From an uncultured candidatus Porisulfidus sp. (lineage in GTDB: Bacteria > Pseudomonadota > Gammaproteobacteria > Poriferisulfidales > Oxydemutatoraceae), in the NCBI GenBank assembly GCA_965215125.1, contig OZ244052.1:160001-224000 (forward strand): a stretch of 64,000 nucleotides of DNA. Reading direction: 5' to 3'. The translations under genes and the position numbers were made by a program. Numbering within the stretch: position 1 is the first letter of the stretch; each line of letters starts with the position of its first letter. Below the pieces are notes generated by a model. It was not told the origin of the DNA and ran no database searches. It was given only the letters and a program-made list of their open reading frames with translations. Shown here piece by piece: positions 20,638 through 31,300 of this stretch.

Positions 20638-21296
20638 CTGCGCAGAACGACAATGCCATGAACAACGACATCGGTGGCAACGATTGGACGAGTATGTTCG
20701 CATACCGTGTTTATAGATATTTTAATCGCTCCGACAATCGCCTATACAACCCGAACGATTTGTATCGCTCCGTCGTCTATATCTCGCTGGCACTCTCGCT
20801 GATCGTTCCCGGTGCTTGTTTTGTGGGCTTTGTATATCCGACAGCGGTGGACTATGCAACGACTAAAGCACAGCTCGCATCCATCCCTATGCTAAAGCGA
20901 CAAATCGCACAACTGGATAAGATGTACCGAAGTACACACATAACTTTGACCGAATTGGAGACCGATTTTCCGCCGGCTTCATTAGATAATGCAACGCTAC
21001 ACCACAATGCCATAGATCTGCATCGCATGGCACACAATCATCGGCTAAGGATCGTGGCGACGAACACTATAAACGACCATCGAGTAATGCCTCGATTCAC
21101 CGAGTATTTCACGACAACGCATTACTCGTGGCATTTGCAAGGACGATTCACCGATTATCTCAGATTCAAAAAAGCACTTTGGAAGGCCAGCCCCTCGACA
21201 CAAATGGAGCGCGAGCATCTCTCGACAAGGGATGACCGGCAACTCGATATCGTCGTTGATCTCAGCGTGTATCAACCCGTAAAGGTTAACTTGTAA
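20634..21296 (+). CDS. PilO-like inner-membrane assembly protein
   Basis: TM helix, coiled coil, then LQGRFTDYLRF resembling PilO GxY/F..F. Operon position. Confidence 0.6.
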   Translation: MTAQNDNAMNNDIGGNDWTSMFAYRVYRYFNRSDNRLYNPNDLYRSVVYISLALSLIVPGACFVGFVYPTAVDYATTKAQLASIPMLKRQIAQLDKMYRSTHITLTELETDFPPASLDNATLHHNAIDLHRMAHNHRLRIVATNTINDHRVMPRFTEYFTTTHYSWHLQGRFTDYLRFKKALWKASPSTQMEREHLSTRDDRQLDIVVDLSVYQPVKVNL

Positions 21297-21303
21297 AAGC
21301 ATC

Positions 21304-21702
21304 ATGTTTGTAAGACCGCGATATAAGCCAACCCTACCGATGGTTACATGGTTGCTATGCCTACTTTGTTTGATTGTTCCGTTTTCGAGTGCCGACGGCG
21401 TAGAAGTTATTGCACGCGAGAATCATTTTCAGACTCACGAGAAACTTTCGCAACCGGCAAAACCGAAGCAACGGCAAATTGATCCACTCACAGCTTATCC
21501 GGTGCAACGGTATGTCGTACACGGTGTTATCGTCGCGGCGGACAACGCAATAGCGGTTGTTTATTCGCCGCACAATACTTGGCATAGATTGCAAGTGCAT
21601 ACGCAATTAGGACAAGAGCAAGCGGTCATTCAACAAATTACAACCAGGGGTATACAAATAAAGATGCAAAACACACTGTTATGGCTACCGGTATTGCCAT
21701 GA
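21304..21702 (+). CDS. PilP-like protein
   Basis: DPLTAYPVQRYVVHGVI...AIAVV...LGQEQAVIQQIT matches the PilP pattern (xPLExY...GxIG). Directly upstream of the secretin. Confidence 0.72.
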   Translation: MFVRPRYKPTLPMVTWLLCLLCLIVPFSSADGVEVIARENHFQTHEKLSQPAKPKQRQIDPLTAYPVQRYVVHGVIVAADNAIAVVYSPHNTWHRLQVHTQLGQEQAVIQQITTRGIQIKMQNTLLWLPVLP

Positions 21703-23129
21703 ATGTCGTAATGAAAATCGCTTGCATATTTTGTTTTGCGGTAGTCGCCGTTGCGTTGTTATCGGCTTGTGCTTATTTTGAAAAACCGGCTATACCTTCG
21801 GACGAGCCTTTGATAGATCAACAGGCTTTTATCAACCAACACCACACTGTGCGTCCGCCCTCGCCGCCGACACGATCGTCGGCGGTATCTTACCGGCAAC
21901 GGCGTATCCCGTTATTATCCGAACCTTTACCGTCGCACGAAGCTGCCACAGCAAAGCCGGCGATGATTAGTTTGAGGTTGGTCGGTGTACCACTACGCGT
22001 CTTTGCGTCTATGTTGTCCGATTTAACCGGTCATAACATTCTCATCGCACCCGATGTGAACGGCACCGTCAACTACGATCTCAATCGCATTGGCTGGCGC
22101 GATGCACTGCATACCATTGCCGAATTGCACGGGCTTAGGGTTGACGAATACACCGATAAAAAACTAATACAACTTTATAAAAATACCGGTAAACAAAAAA
22201 ATACAAACGCACGGATGAACGGGCGATCGGCAAAAGCGCACAATGTCGAACTATTCAAACTGCGTTATGCCGACGCCGAGAAAATCGCAACCCTACTAAA
22301 ATCTCTATTGGCTGCGCAACAAAAGAAACCCGGTAATAACGACGATACTTCGGTGGTCGAAAGCTCGGTGGTCGGCGATAAAAGCAGTCACTCCTTAATC
22401 GTACAGGGTGATCGACAAACCATAGAACTCGCTGCCTCGTTGATCGGCACGATAGATGTGCCGCAACGACAAGTGATGATAGAAGCGTTTATCGTAGAAG
22501 CCGGCGAAGATTTCACACGCGCGTTGGGCGCGCGCCTGGGCAAACACAAAGGCGGGGTTTTCAACACCGACAACATTAACGGCCCTTATCTTAATGTGCC
22601 GGTTGCCGGGGGCAGCGGTGGATTGGGTTTGACTTTCGGTAGTGCACGCATACGCGTAGAGCTGAGTGCCTTGGAAAAAGCCGGCAAGAGCCGACTGATA
22701 TCAAATCCCAAGATCTTCACACTGGATAATCAATCGGCAATGATATTTGAAGGTAGCGAAGTGCCCTATCAAACGGTCTCCGACAGCGGCACACAGACCG
22801 AATTCAAACAAGCGGGACTCAAACTCGCAGTCACCCCGAGTATCGTCAACGAACAACATCTGATGCTGGATTTGGCAATCAACAAAGATACCGTAGACAC
22901 TCGGCTACAAAACCCACCGATCACACGCCGTGAATTGACGAGCCGCCTGTTGGTGCGTAGCGGCGATGTGGTCGTCATCGGCGGCATCTATCTCAAAAAG
23001 CAGGTGCGAGCATTTGAAGGCATGCCTTTTATTACGCATCTACCGTTTATCGGTGATTGGTTCCGATACAAAAGACGCGAAGGCGATGTTAAGGAATTGA
23101 TGGTCTTTATCGCGCCGCAAATCGTATGA
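21681..23129 (+). CDS. pilQ: PilQ/HofQ-type secretin with lipoprotein signal (true start may be 21699 or 21711)
   Basis: LLSAC lipobox, N0 domain (LSDLTGHNILIAPDVNGTV), FKLRYADAEKIA, IDVPQRQVMIEAFIVE, ISNPKIFTLDNQSA, GDVVVIGGI, PFIGDWFR...ELMVFIAPQIV. Confidence 0.88.
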   Translation: MATGIAMNVVMKIACIFCFAVVAVALLSACAYFEKPAIPSDEPLIDQQAFINQHHTVRPPSPPTRSSAVSYRQRRIPLLSEPLPSHEAATAKPAMISLRLVGVPLRVFASMLSDLTGHNILIAPDVNGTVNYDLNRIGWRDALHTIAELHGLRVDEYTDKKLIQLYKNTGKQKNTNARMNGRSAKAHNVELFKLRYADAEKIATLLKSLLAAQQKKPGNNDDTSVVESSVVGDKSSHSLIVQGDRQTIELAASLIGTIDVPQRQVMIEAFIVEAGEDFTRALGARLGKHKGGVFNTDNINGPYLNVPVAGGSGGLGLTFGSARIRVELSALEKAGKSRLISNPKIFTLDNQSAMIFEGSEVPYQTVSDSGTQTEFKQAGLKLAVTPSIVNEQHLMLDLAINKDTVDTRLQNPPITRRELTSRLLVRSGDVVVIGGIYLKKQVRAFEGMPFITHLPFIGDWFRYKRREGDVKELMVFIAPQIV

Positions 23130-24310
23130 GTAGGCAATTAACACTAGACGGGCATAGCGAAGTCATCTATTTCGTCGAAGCGATGCTCCGTCAAGCTCTA
23201 AGCTACAACGCCAGCGATATACACATAGAGCGATACGATGCCGGTAGCCGATTGCGCTATAGACTCGACGGCGTACTGCAAGAAGTGCAAACCGATGACT
23301 TTATGCAAGTGCAATATGCCGGTATCGTATCCAGAATCAAATTACTCGCCGGATTGGATATTGCCGAGCGCAGATTGCCTCAGGACGGACGCTTTTCCTT
23401 TGACGACGATAGTGCGTGTGTTGATATTCGCGTCTCTATCGTGCCGTCGCTATCCGGCGAGCGTATCGTGTTGAGACTGCTCGACAGCGGCGGCTTCACA
23501 CCGCGCTTGGATGCGCTCGGTATGAACGAACAACACTTAAGTTTGATGCAACAAGCATTAAAGCGTAACCAAGGTATGCTACTGGTCACCGGACCTACCG
23601 GTAGCGGCAAGACGACAACCCTATACGCCGGCATACACGCAATCAACCGTTCCGATATCAACATTCTTACCGCCGAAGACCCGGTTGAATACAAAATCGG
23701 CGGCATCAATCAAGTGGAAGTGAAAGAAACAATCGGTCTGGGGTTTGCCGATATACTGCGGGCTTTTTTGCGGCAAGACCCCGAGGTGATTTTGGTCGGT
23801 GAAATGCGCGACTACGAGACTGCCGATATCGCAATCAAAGCCGCATTAACCGGGCATCTAGTTATGAGCACCTTGCACACCCGAAATATCACCGGCACTA
23901 TCGCACGACTCATTAACATCGGGATACCCGCCTATTTGGTCGGTGCTGCCGTCAATCTTATCGTCTGTCAGCGTCTGCTTAGAAAAATATGCTTGCATTG
24001 CAAAGCACCCTGCCATTCTATACCGTCGGCTTGGCAGTCCAAAGTCAACGGCAAAGGGCCGTCGCAGTTATATCACGGTCGCGGGTGCAAACACTGTCGT
24101 TATACCGGTTTCTCCGGCAGACAGGCCGCTTATGAAATGCTGGTAGTGGACGACGAACTCGGACACCTCATATCAAACTATACCGATTCGCCGGCGACTG
24201 CCGATCTACAATTAAAGAAACGTTGCAGCACAACTTTGCAGCAAGCAGGTATGGAATTGTTGCAGTTAGGCATCATCAGCCCCGAGGAATACTTGCGGGT
24301 ATTGGCTTAA
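23126..24310 (+). CDS. GspE/PilB-family extension ATPase lacking the N-terminal N1 domain
   Basis: ASDIHIE, LDIAERRLPQDG, Walker A GPTGSGKTT, TAEDPVEY, LRQDPEVILVGEMRD, TGHLVMSTLH, Zn motif CLHC...GCKHC, terminal EEYLRV. Confidence 0.93.
   Translation: MSRQLTLDGHSEVIYFVEAMLRQALSYNASDIHIERYDAGSRLRYRLDGVLQEVQTDDFMQVQYAGIVSRIKLLAGLDIAERRLPQDGRFSFDDDSACVDIRVSIVPSLSGERIVLRLLDSGGFTPRLDALGMNEQHLSLMQQALKRNQGMLLVTGPTGSGKTTTLYAGIHAINRSDINILTAEDPVEYKIGGINQVEVKETIGLGFADILRAFLRQDPEVILVGEMRDYETADIAIKAALTGHLVMSTLHTRNITGTIARLINIGIPAYLVGAAVNLIVCQRLLRKICLHCKAPCHSIPSAWQSKVNGKGPSQLYHGRGCKHCRYTGFSGRQAAYEMLVVDDELGHLISNYTDSPATADLQLKKRCSTTLQQAGMELLQLGIISPEEYLRVLA
24178..24223 (+). repeat. 46-bp exact direct repeat, copy 1 (within ATPase 3' end)
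   Basis: CTATACCGATTCGCCGGCGACTGCCGATCTACAATTAAAGAAACGT, identical to 24995-25040. Confidence 0.95.
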
Positions 24311-24413
24311 AAGGGGTGTCGTCATAGAACCCGATCAAAAAAGATACCGAGACTACGGATTACCCGGCGTAAAAGAGCTTCCGGACTCCGCGTTTGCAGA
24401 GGTTCCTAAATTA

Positions 24414-24809
24414 TTGCCCAAAGCAAAATCAAGTAACCTTGCTTACGCTCAGATTGTAAAAGCTGTGTTTGATGAAAAAAATAACTTTCGCTACATTCGC
24501 ACACCACTAGAACCAGTTGTCGTTAGCAAGAAAGGATTAAAGTATATATCTGAAAAAATACCGGATGCTCGCGAGAGGTATGCTAACTTCATTCTCCCTA
24601 CATTGTCTGCCCCGAATGAAATTTGGTTGACTAGATATGATGACGGCAGTTTCCGTCGTCGGTTTATTAAATTATATAGAGGCAAAAAGAATATGTTGAT
24701 AATCGCTCGAGAGAATATAAACGGTAGTTTGTTTTGGAACGCCATACCGGCACGGACAAATTATGTAGACGATCAGCGAACCAGAACTTTACTTTATGAG
24801 AATAATTAA
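24414..24809 (+). CDS. PBECR2-like nuclease domain protein, probably the C-terminal fragment of a Mu gpF-like phage head protein
   Basis: RERYANFILPTLSAPNEIWL...RRRFIKLY resembles PBECR2. The frame stays open upstream to about 24310 (QKRYRDYGLP) with no ATG. AT-rich. Confidence 0.6.
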   Translation: MPKAKSSNLAYAQIVKAVFDEKNNFRYIRTPLEPVVVSKKGLKYISEKIPDARERYANFILPTLSAPNEIWLTRYDDGSFRRRFIKLYRGKKNMLIIARENINGSLFWNAIPARTNYVDDQRTRTLLYENN

Positions 24810-24810
24810 A

Positions 24811-24910
24811 GTGCGTGGCAAGCGGAGTCTCGCAGACAGTTAGGTGTTTGTAGTAGCCGAATGAACTTAAAGCCTAACCTAATTTCATCCTTCGGGTGCT
24901 TGCCGCGCAC
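24811..24910 (+). ncRNA. Putative structured RNA / long stem-loop downstream of the PBECR2-like ORF
   Basis: GTGCGTGGCAAGC (24811) pairs with GCTTGCCGCGCAC (24898-24910). Nested TTAGG...CCTAA stem inside. Confidence 0.35.
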
Positions 24911-24925
24911 CGCAAGTATACCACA

Positions 24926-25051
24926 ATGAAAATAGATATCAAAATCAAAGACAAAAAGGCACTACAAGCGTTAAACCTTTTAGCGCGTCGCGGTCTATAC
25001 CGATTCGCCGGCGACTGCCGATCTACAATTAAAGAAACGTGGGGCTGTTGA
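24926..25051 (+). pseudogene. Truncated Mu gpG-like (virion morphogenesis) N-terminal stub joined to the duplicated ATPase sequence
   Basis: MKIDIKIKDKKALQALNLLARRG resembles gpG-type N-termini and follows a gpF-like fragment. Interrupted at 24995 by the 46-bp repeat. Confidence 0.45.
24995..25040 (+). repeat. 46-bp exact direct repeat, copy 2
   Basis: Identical to 24178-24223. Confidence 0.95.
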
Positions 25052-25108
25052 AAAAATACCGTTTGGCACGGATAATGTGTTTATCCACAAAATTTATGTT
25101 TATCTACC

Positions 25109-25135
25109 GTAGAGGCGGACTGTCATGTCCGCCCT
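25109..25135 (+). repeat. GTAG-type REP palindrome
   Basis: GTAGAGGCGGAC-TGTCAT-GTCCGCCCT. Confidence 0.55.
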
Positions 25136-25227
25136 AAAGTGCCGTTCTGCACAGCCGTAATCGCTTGCGCCGGATGGTTTTGGTTTCCATAAATCGAACG
25201 AATGAGTAAATAGTACAGATACGATGC

Positions 25228-25353
25228 GACCACCCCATAGAAAGATTTTACATTTTGTATATATGCTAAAGTTCTGCACAACGTTACGCCGATTGACCTA
25301 CTGGTTCAATCGGCGGTTCCATTGCGCCTGCCACCCCGCCACAGGAAGGGAAT
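25228..25353. repeat. ~126-bp composite repeat (REP arms plus internal bulged hairpin), copy A
   Basis: Aligns end to end with 51960-52085. Hairpin at 25287-25315. Confidence 0.85.
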
Positions 25354-25385
25354 ACGTCAATTGGATGGATAAATTTTTAATAGGG

Positions 25386-28300
25386 TTATTGCAGCGGACC
25401 TTCAAGAAATACTTTAGCTCGGATGCGAATTCCCAAAGACTCTCGAATCACCTTGATCGTATAGGTGTTTGAGTTGGTACCGTCTTCGGACTCTACTTCG
25501 ACCTCAATGATATTGCCTGTATCGCCTAGCACATCCAACGGGATGTCGGTATTCGGCGGATAAACGGTGCGACTATTCATGAATACCGAAGTAATAGTCG
25601 TTACACCGTTATTATTCGTCGTGGGTATCACTTTTATGGTCTCGGTCGTATTGGAAACATTGACCGTATAAACGAAGGTTGCGGTAGTATAATCGGGTTC
25701 CAACTTACCGGGTGATACTTCCAAATTATGCAAAGTAGCATCGTCGGCATCAAACAATCTAATCAGCGTCACGGTATAACTTTTAGAGGTTTGATCGTCG
25801 TTTGCTATGACTTTGATTCTGACCACAGTCTCAAAACCTCGCATCGTTTTCCGCCCCGGCCATACAACGACTTCTTTACTTGCAAGGTCTTCCAACGCTC
25901 CGTCATCGACCGAAATTTGGATGCTCGCATGCTCGGTGTCGCTTGCAGTGGCAGTAACTCTAAGCTCTTCGGTATCGTTGCTCACCGAAACGGTATAGGT
26001 TGTGATCTCGCTGCTAAACAGAGGGAGCGGAGAAATAGGAATGCCCGCTTTGGTTATTTGCAGGTTACTCAAATTCGCGTCCACATTCAACGCTCGGAGT
26101 ACCGATACGGTATAAGTCATCGAAGATACACCGTCTTGAGCGAGTACCATAATATCCATCAGTGTCATCTCACCCGGCACCAATTCAATCGGATTGCTCA
26201 ATAATTCTCCTTCGGAAATTTCCGTATCGTTTTCTTCGGCGTCGGGATCCACGGCTAATCCGAGTAAGAAATTAAACGGATCTTCGGTGTCGTCGCGTCT
26301 GCTAATTATAATCGTTGCACTGCTATGCTGTGTTTCAATTCTGGTTCTAAGACTTTCAACCGTATTTTGATAAAAAACGATATTACTCATCATAGTACCG
26401 CTATCCGACACCAACTCTTCTTGATTCTCCGACAACGGGAACAATGTTAACTTCGTCAGAGCTACATCACTACTGTACGGGCGGAACACCGAAACGATAT
26501 AGGTTGCGCTACTTCCGTCGTTCGCTACGACTTTGAAATCAACAAACGTTATTTTATTTTCGCCGAGCTCAACGGTTCTGCGCATGACACCTCCGACAAT
26601 ATCGGGATTGTCGTCGGCTACTATGCTCGCGCGCGGCTGATTTGCTTGTGCGGTTATTACGAGGCGACCGAGCGCGTTGGGAACTCGTAATTCATAGCGT
26701 GTTCGGGTTGTCGCAAAATCGGGAGTCAGAGGTATAGGATCGCCGTTCTCTTCACTGAGTCTAAGATACTTTAGGCTTTTGTCATCGCTGGGAGTACGAA
26801 TTACGAATATCGTATAACTTTGCGAGTTCACCCCATTTTCCGCAATCACCGTGATTTGCACGGGTCGCCGCACATTGATTTCTTCCGCCAATTCTATATC
26901 GATACTGCGATTAACGAGCGAGGCACCGTCTACTTGTAGACTTGCCCCACTGTCGGCAGCCAGAGGAATCATTTGTATGATTTTTACATCGGTTGAAACA
27001 CTTACTTGATAATTTCTATCGCCGTCAAAATCGTCTAAGCCCACGATTTCAAAAGGTGTTTCCGAATTGTGTTCGTATAACGCAACGCTATTCAAATCGT
27101 CGTTATTGCTATCCCGAGCGTCTCGCCTCACTCTGATTCTATATGTTTTGTCTGTTCCGTTTTCTGCGGTCACAACGACAACGATATTATTGGTGCTGGC
27201 TTCCGCACCGGCAGCTTTTAATCCGACGCGGCGCGAGCCGGGTTCTACGGGTTCACCGTTTATTTCTATCTCAATCGTTGCGTCATCGTCTTCGGCTTCG
27301 GCAATCACCTCAAGCTCTGCCGTATTATTTGTAACACCGGTTTCGTATGCGGTAGTCTCGGCATCGAAGGCACGGTCCAACTTTGCTCCGACGATGTTCA
27401 GAACAGCTAGATCGGCATTATCGTTGGGTGCACGACTTAGTAATAGGATATAACTTTGCGAGCTTTGGTCGCTTGACATGACCTTAATGCGCACTTGATT
27501 CCTCGTACCCGATATCACCGCAAAAGCCTCACTTTCAATTTCTTTATTCGCTATGCGGCGATGGCTGATCTCGTTATCGTTGACCGTAATCTCAATCTCG
27601 GCATCCTCATCGATAACCGTAGCCTTCACTCTGACCGTTTTTACACTCTTGCTAATCGTCGTTTCGTATTCATAGACATCGTCTTCAAAAGACGGAGTAT
27701 ATATCCGTACTGCCGCCTCGGGTTTCAATGTCAAGGATGTCAATCTATTGTCATTTCCGATACGCTCCACTAATACACTATGAACTTTAGAGGTCATATC
27801 ATCTCGAGCGATTAATTTAATCTCGTAGGTGTTCATTCCTCTCTTCAGATTATCTATGATGCCAATCGCTTCGCTTCCGATTGCCGAGTCTTCGTTCAAT
27901 AGAACCCGCACACTACTATCTCTGGCAAGTGCTCTTATTACGATTTCTTCCACACGAATAGGAATCGTATAACGATGGCTTGGCTGCTCGATATCATCCG
28001 ACATCAATTCTTCGTGCGTTGACACAAACCGCTGTTCTCCCGCTTCTAGAATCAAACTTTCGAGACTCAAATCAAATTCACGGATCACCGTCACGGTGTA
28101 TGTGTGGGTACGCTTTCCCGGAGCCGATACTTCTATCTCGATCGTATTTGCTCCGACATTCAACGGAATATTTTCCAGAAACGATCGACCGGTTGCCAAC
28201 ACTATGCCGTTTGCGCTGATTTTAACCGTCGCCTCGGGTGTCGGCCTTGTTATTACCGTAATCGTCTTGGTTGAATTAGCAACCGTTGCTTGATATTCGG

Positions 28301-31300
28301 TTTTAGGACTCTCAAACTCGGGGCTGAAAGTTTTCACCGATATCAGCCGTAAATCATACAAATAAGTGCTCAAGTTCAGATGCGACTGCCGCGGCAGTAA
28401 AGTACCACAGATCGGTGATACGGTCGTAGCCTCCATCTCGGTGCGACACGCCGGATCGTTTTCGTCGCCTATCGCATATTTAAGTCTAGGATATTGTAGT
28501 GAATTACCGAAATTCCAATCGGTATCGTCCCAACGATAGTAAATATCGCTCGCTCGAGTTCCTTCACGACCTCTCAACATTTCACCGGTGGTCTTAGCCT
28601 CACCGGGAAAATTCGTCGATGCGCCGGGGTTCACACTGCTATCCCAATAACTATTCAAGACATTCACATTGGCAACCGGAACCAAACCGCCTATCGGTCC
28701 TCCCGATATTTTACCGATAGCGTAGCTGTTAATAATACTCGACAACCCCGGCGGCATACTGCCGACTAAGCCGCCGGCTTTTTCCGTACTACTTACTGCG
28801 GCGGCTGCATAGCTGTTCCTAATCGAGCCGGAACTTAAAACACCGATCAAGCCACCTACCGTATGTTTGATTAGACCTCGGCCCACCACCGTACCGACAC
28901 TATAACTATTATCAACCGAACCCTCATTCTGCCCGATCAAACCACCGACCGATTCTATACCCGTTACATTGCAGTCTACAAAACTATTAATAATGCCACT
29001 ATGCGTTGTCGCATGGGCAACCATTCCTCCTACGATAAAAGTACCTTCTACCCGACCCGATACCGAACTATTGGTAATTTTCCCCTCATTCATTGCGACC
29101 AAAGCACCGACGAATCCCTGTCCGCTCACATTGACATCGGATAAATTAAGGTGATCGATTTGAGCGGCTGCGGTTATCGATTTGAACAAACCGACTTTGT
29201 CTGGTTCCCGGTCAATATGCAAATTGGATATCGTATAATTATTCCCTTTTAATATCGTATTGAAATTTTCTATCGGTGACCAGTTCGAATAAGCACTCAA
29301 GTCTATATCGGTCGTCAACTCATAACCGATACAAGTGTTCTCGGGACACCCCGAAGTAGATCTGCTCACACCGTCATTTTCTCTAAAACCGATACCGTCC
29401 GGCTGGAAACGGATTGCATTCAAAGCATTTGCCGAGCGAATATCTATATAACCATCGTCATCGCGATCTATATCCACATCGGTTAATTCGCCGTACCGAT
29501 TTACCGAAATCCGGTACTCCAAAAATAATCTTCCGTCTATGCGGAGTTCAACCGTGGTTTTTCCACTACCGTCTACCGGAATATCGGAAACCGAACCACC
29601 GCTATTTATCGTTGCGCGATAACTCGCATCGGCACTACTACCGATGACAATATCGGGGGTTGCGTATCCGTGGGATACAACAAGGGTCAATCCGAGCATA
29701 GTCGTTTGCTCGTAAAGCGACAGCAGATAGTCTTGCCGTGTAGAGATAAATTTTTCCGGTAGCAATGAGGGATTATATACTCGCTCGTTTAGCTGCTCTA
29801 CGAGTTCTATGCCGCTCAAAACGGTATGCTGTCCGAATAGCAATTGACCTTGCGCATCGCACGGTATCCATTTCGTGGATGTAGAAGTATTACATAAATC
29901 GTTATGATACTTGATTGCCGGATAGAGTTCGGTATCACCGAAATCCCAGTTATCGCTACGCCATCGGTAATAAACCTCGTTCGAGGTGCTACCGGCTTTA
30001 ATGGGCGATTGAAGTGCCACGGTGGCAAGCCCTACGCCGTTAGTATCTCCTTCACCACTTTCTATTCCGCCAATCGTGCTATCCCAGTAGCTGTTGTTAA
30101 CCACACTGCCGTTGAGATCACTTATCAAACCATGAGCCGCTGCCGATTCATTCGTTAAAACAGCGACGGCATAACTGTCGTCAATCGTAGCTTCGCTACT
30201 CCCTCGTCCGACCAAGAAACCTCTGTCTCCCGTACCTTCTATGGAAGCCATTGCATAGCTGTTAGTAATCGACGCATAATCTTTCATAATACCGACCAAG
30301 CCGCCGGCAGGATTGAACCCAGAATCAATATGAACCAGTGCATAGCTATTTTCAATTTCAGAGATTATGCCGGCCTGTCCTTCGAGTACTCCCACCAATC
30401 CACCGCTATTTCCATGGCCCGCTTTAATCGTGCCGGTTATAAAACTATTGGTGATCTTCGAGGCACTCGTTGCCTGGCCTACAAGCCCCCCTAGGTATTG
30501 CCAGCCGGTAATTCTCAAGTTTAATAAACTCGTGTAATCTATCGTAGAATTCTCTATTTTTGCAAAAAGTCCGGCGTTGGTTATATTGGTGCCGTTGATG
30601 AATAGATTAGAAATCGTGTAACCATTACCGCTGAATGTTCCGGTAAAAGGTTCGGTCTCGCTTCCTATCGGCGGCCAACCTGCCCCCGTAGTCCAACGCA
30701 TCTTAGGTTCGGGACTTTGCCGGTCGCGATAACTGTCGTCATCTTCAAAATCTAGATCCCTGACCAACTCATAACCTATACATCCACCTGCGGCGAGACA
30801 ACCGGTGATATTCCTAGAACCTCCGGAACTCTGCACATAAGCACTGCCGTCGAGTTGGTAGCGTATCTCGTTCAAGGCATCCAAATCGTGCACTTCTATC
30901 AAACCATCGTTGTCGTCGTCTATATCTAAATCATCATTGATGCCGTCACCGTCTATGTCTTTGCTTACATTGATACGGTATGTCGCCGAGGCACTGCTTA
31001 TTGTCGCATCTAAGGTCACGGTGAGCCGAACTAGGGTGTCGATTAACGGACTTAATGCGATGGTGTTGGTTTGCACGCCGTTGCTTACATCAACAACCGA
31101 ATTCGGAATTGCCGAACTGTTAATCTGCATAGTAACCGACTCCGGATCCTTCGCCGTCGGGGTCAGTTGAATGTATCGTGTGTCGACGGGGATTTGCAGT
31201 ATATAATCGAATATATCGCTATTGAAGTCCGGTATTAAACGCCAATCGTCCGAAGAAAATTCTAAATTTGCCAGCCTTAAGTCAATTTCACGAGTCGCTA

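Noticed and set aside
25081-25089. Perfect DnaA box TTATCCACA
   Set aside because: Single copy with no oriC context; plausible by chance.
25280-25325. Integron attC reading of the bulged hairpin
   Set aside because: The RYYYAAC/GTTRRRY boxes do not match and the hairpin is too short.
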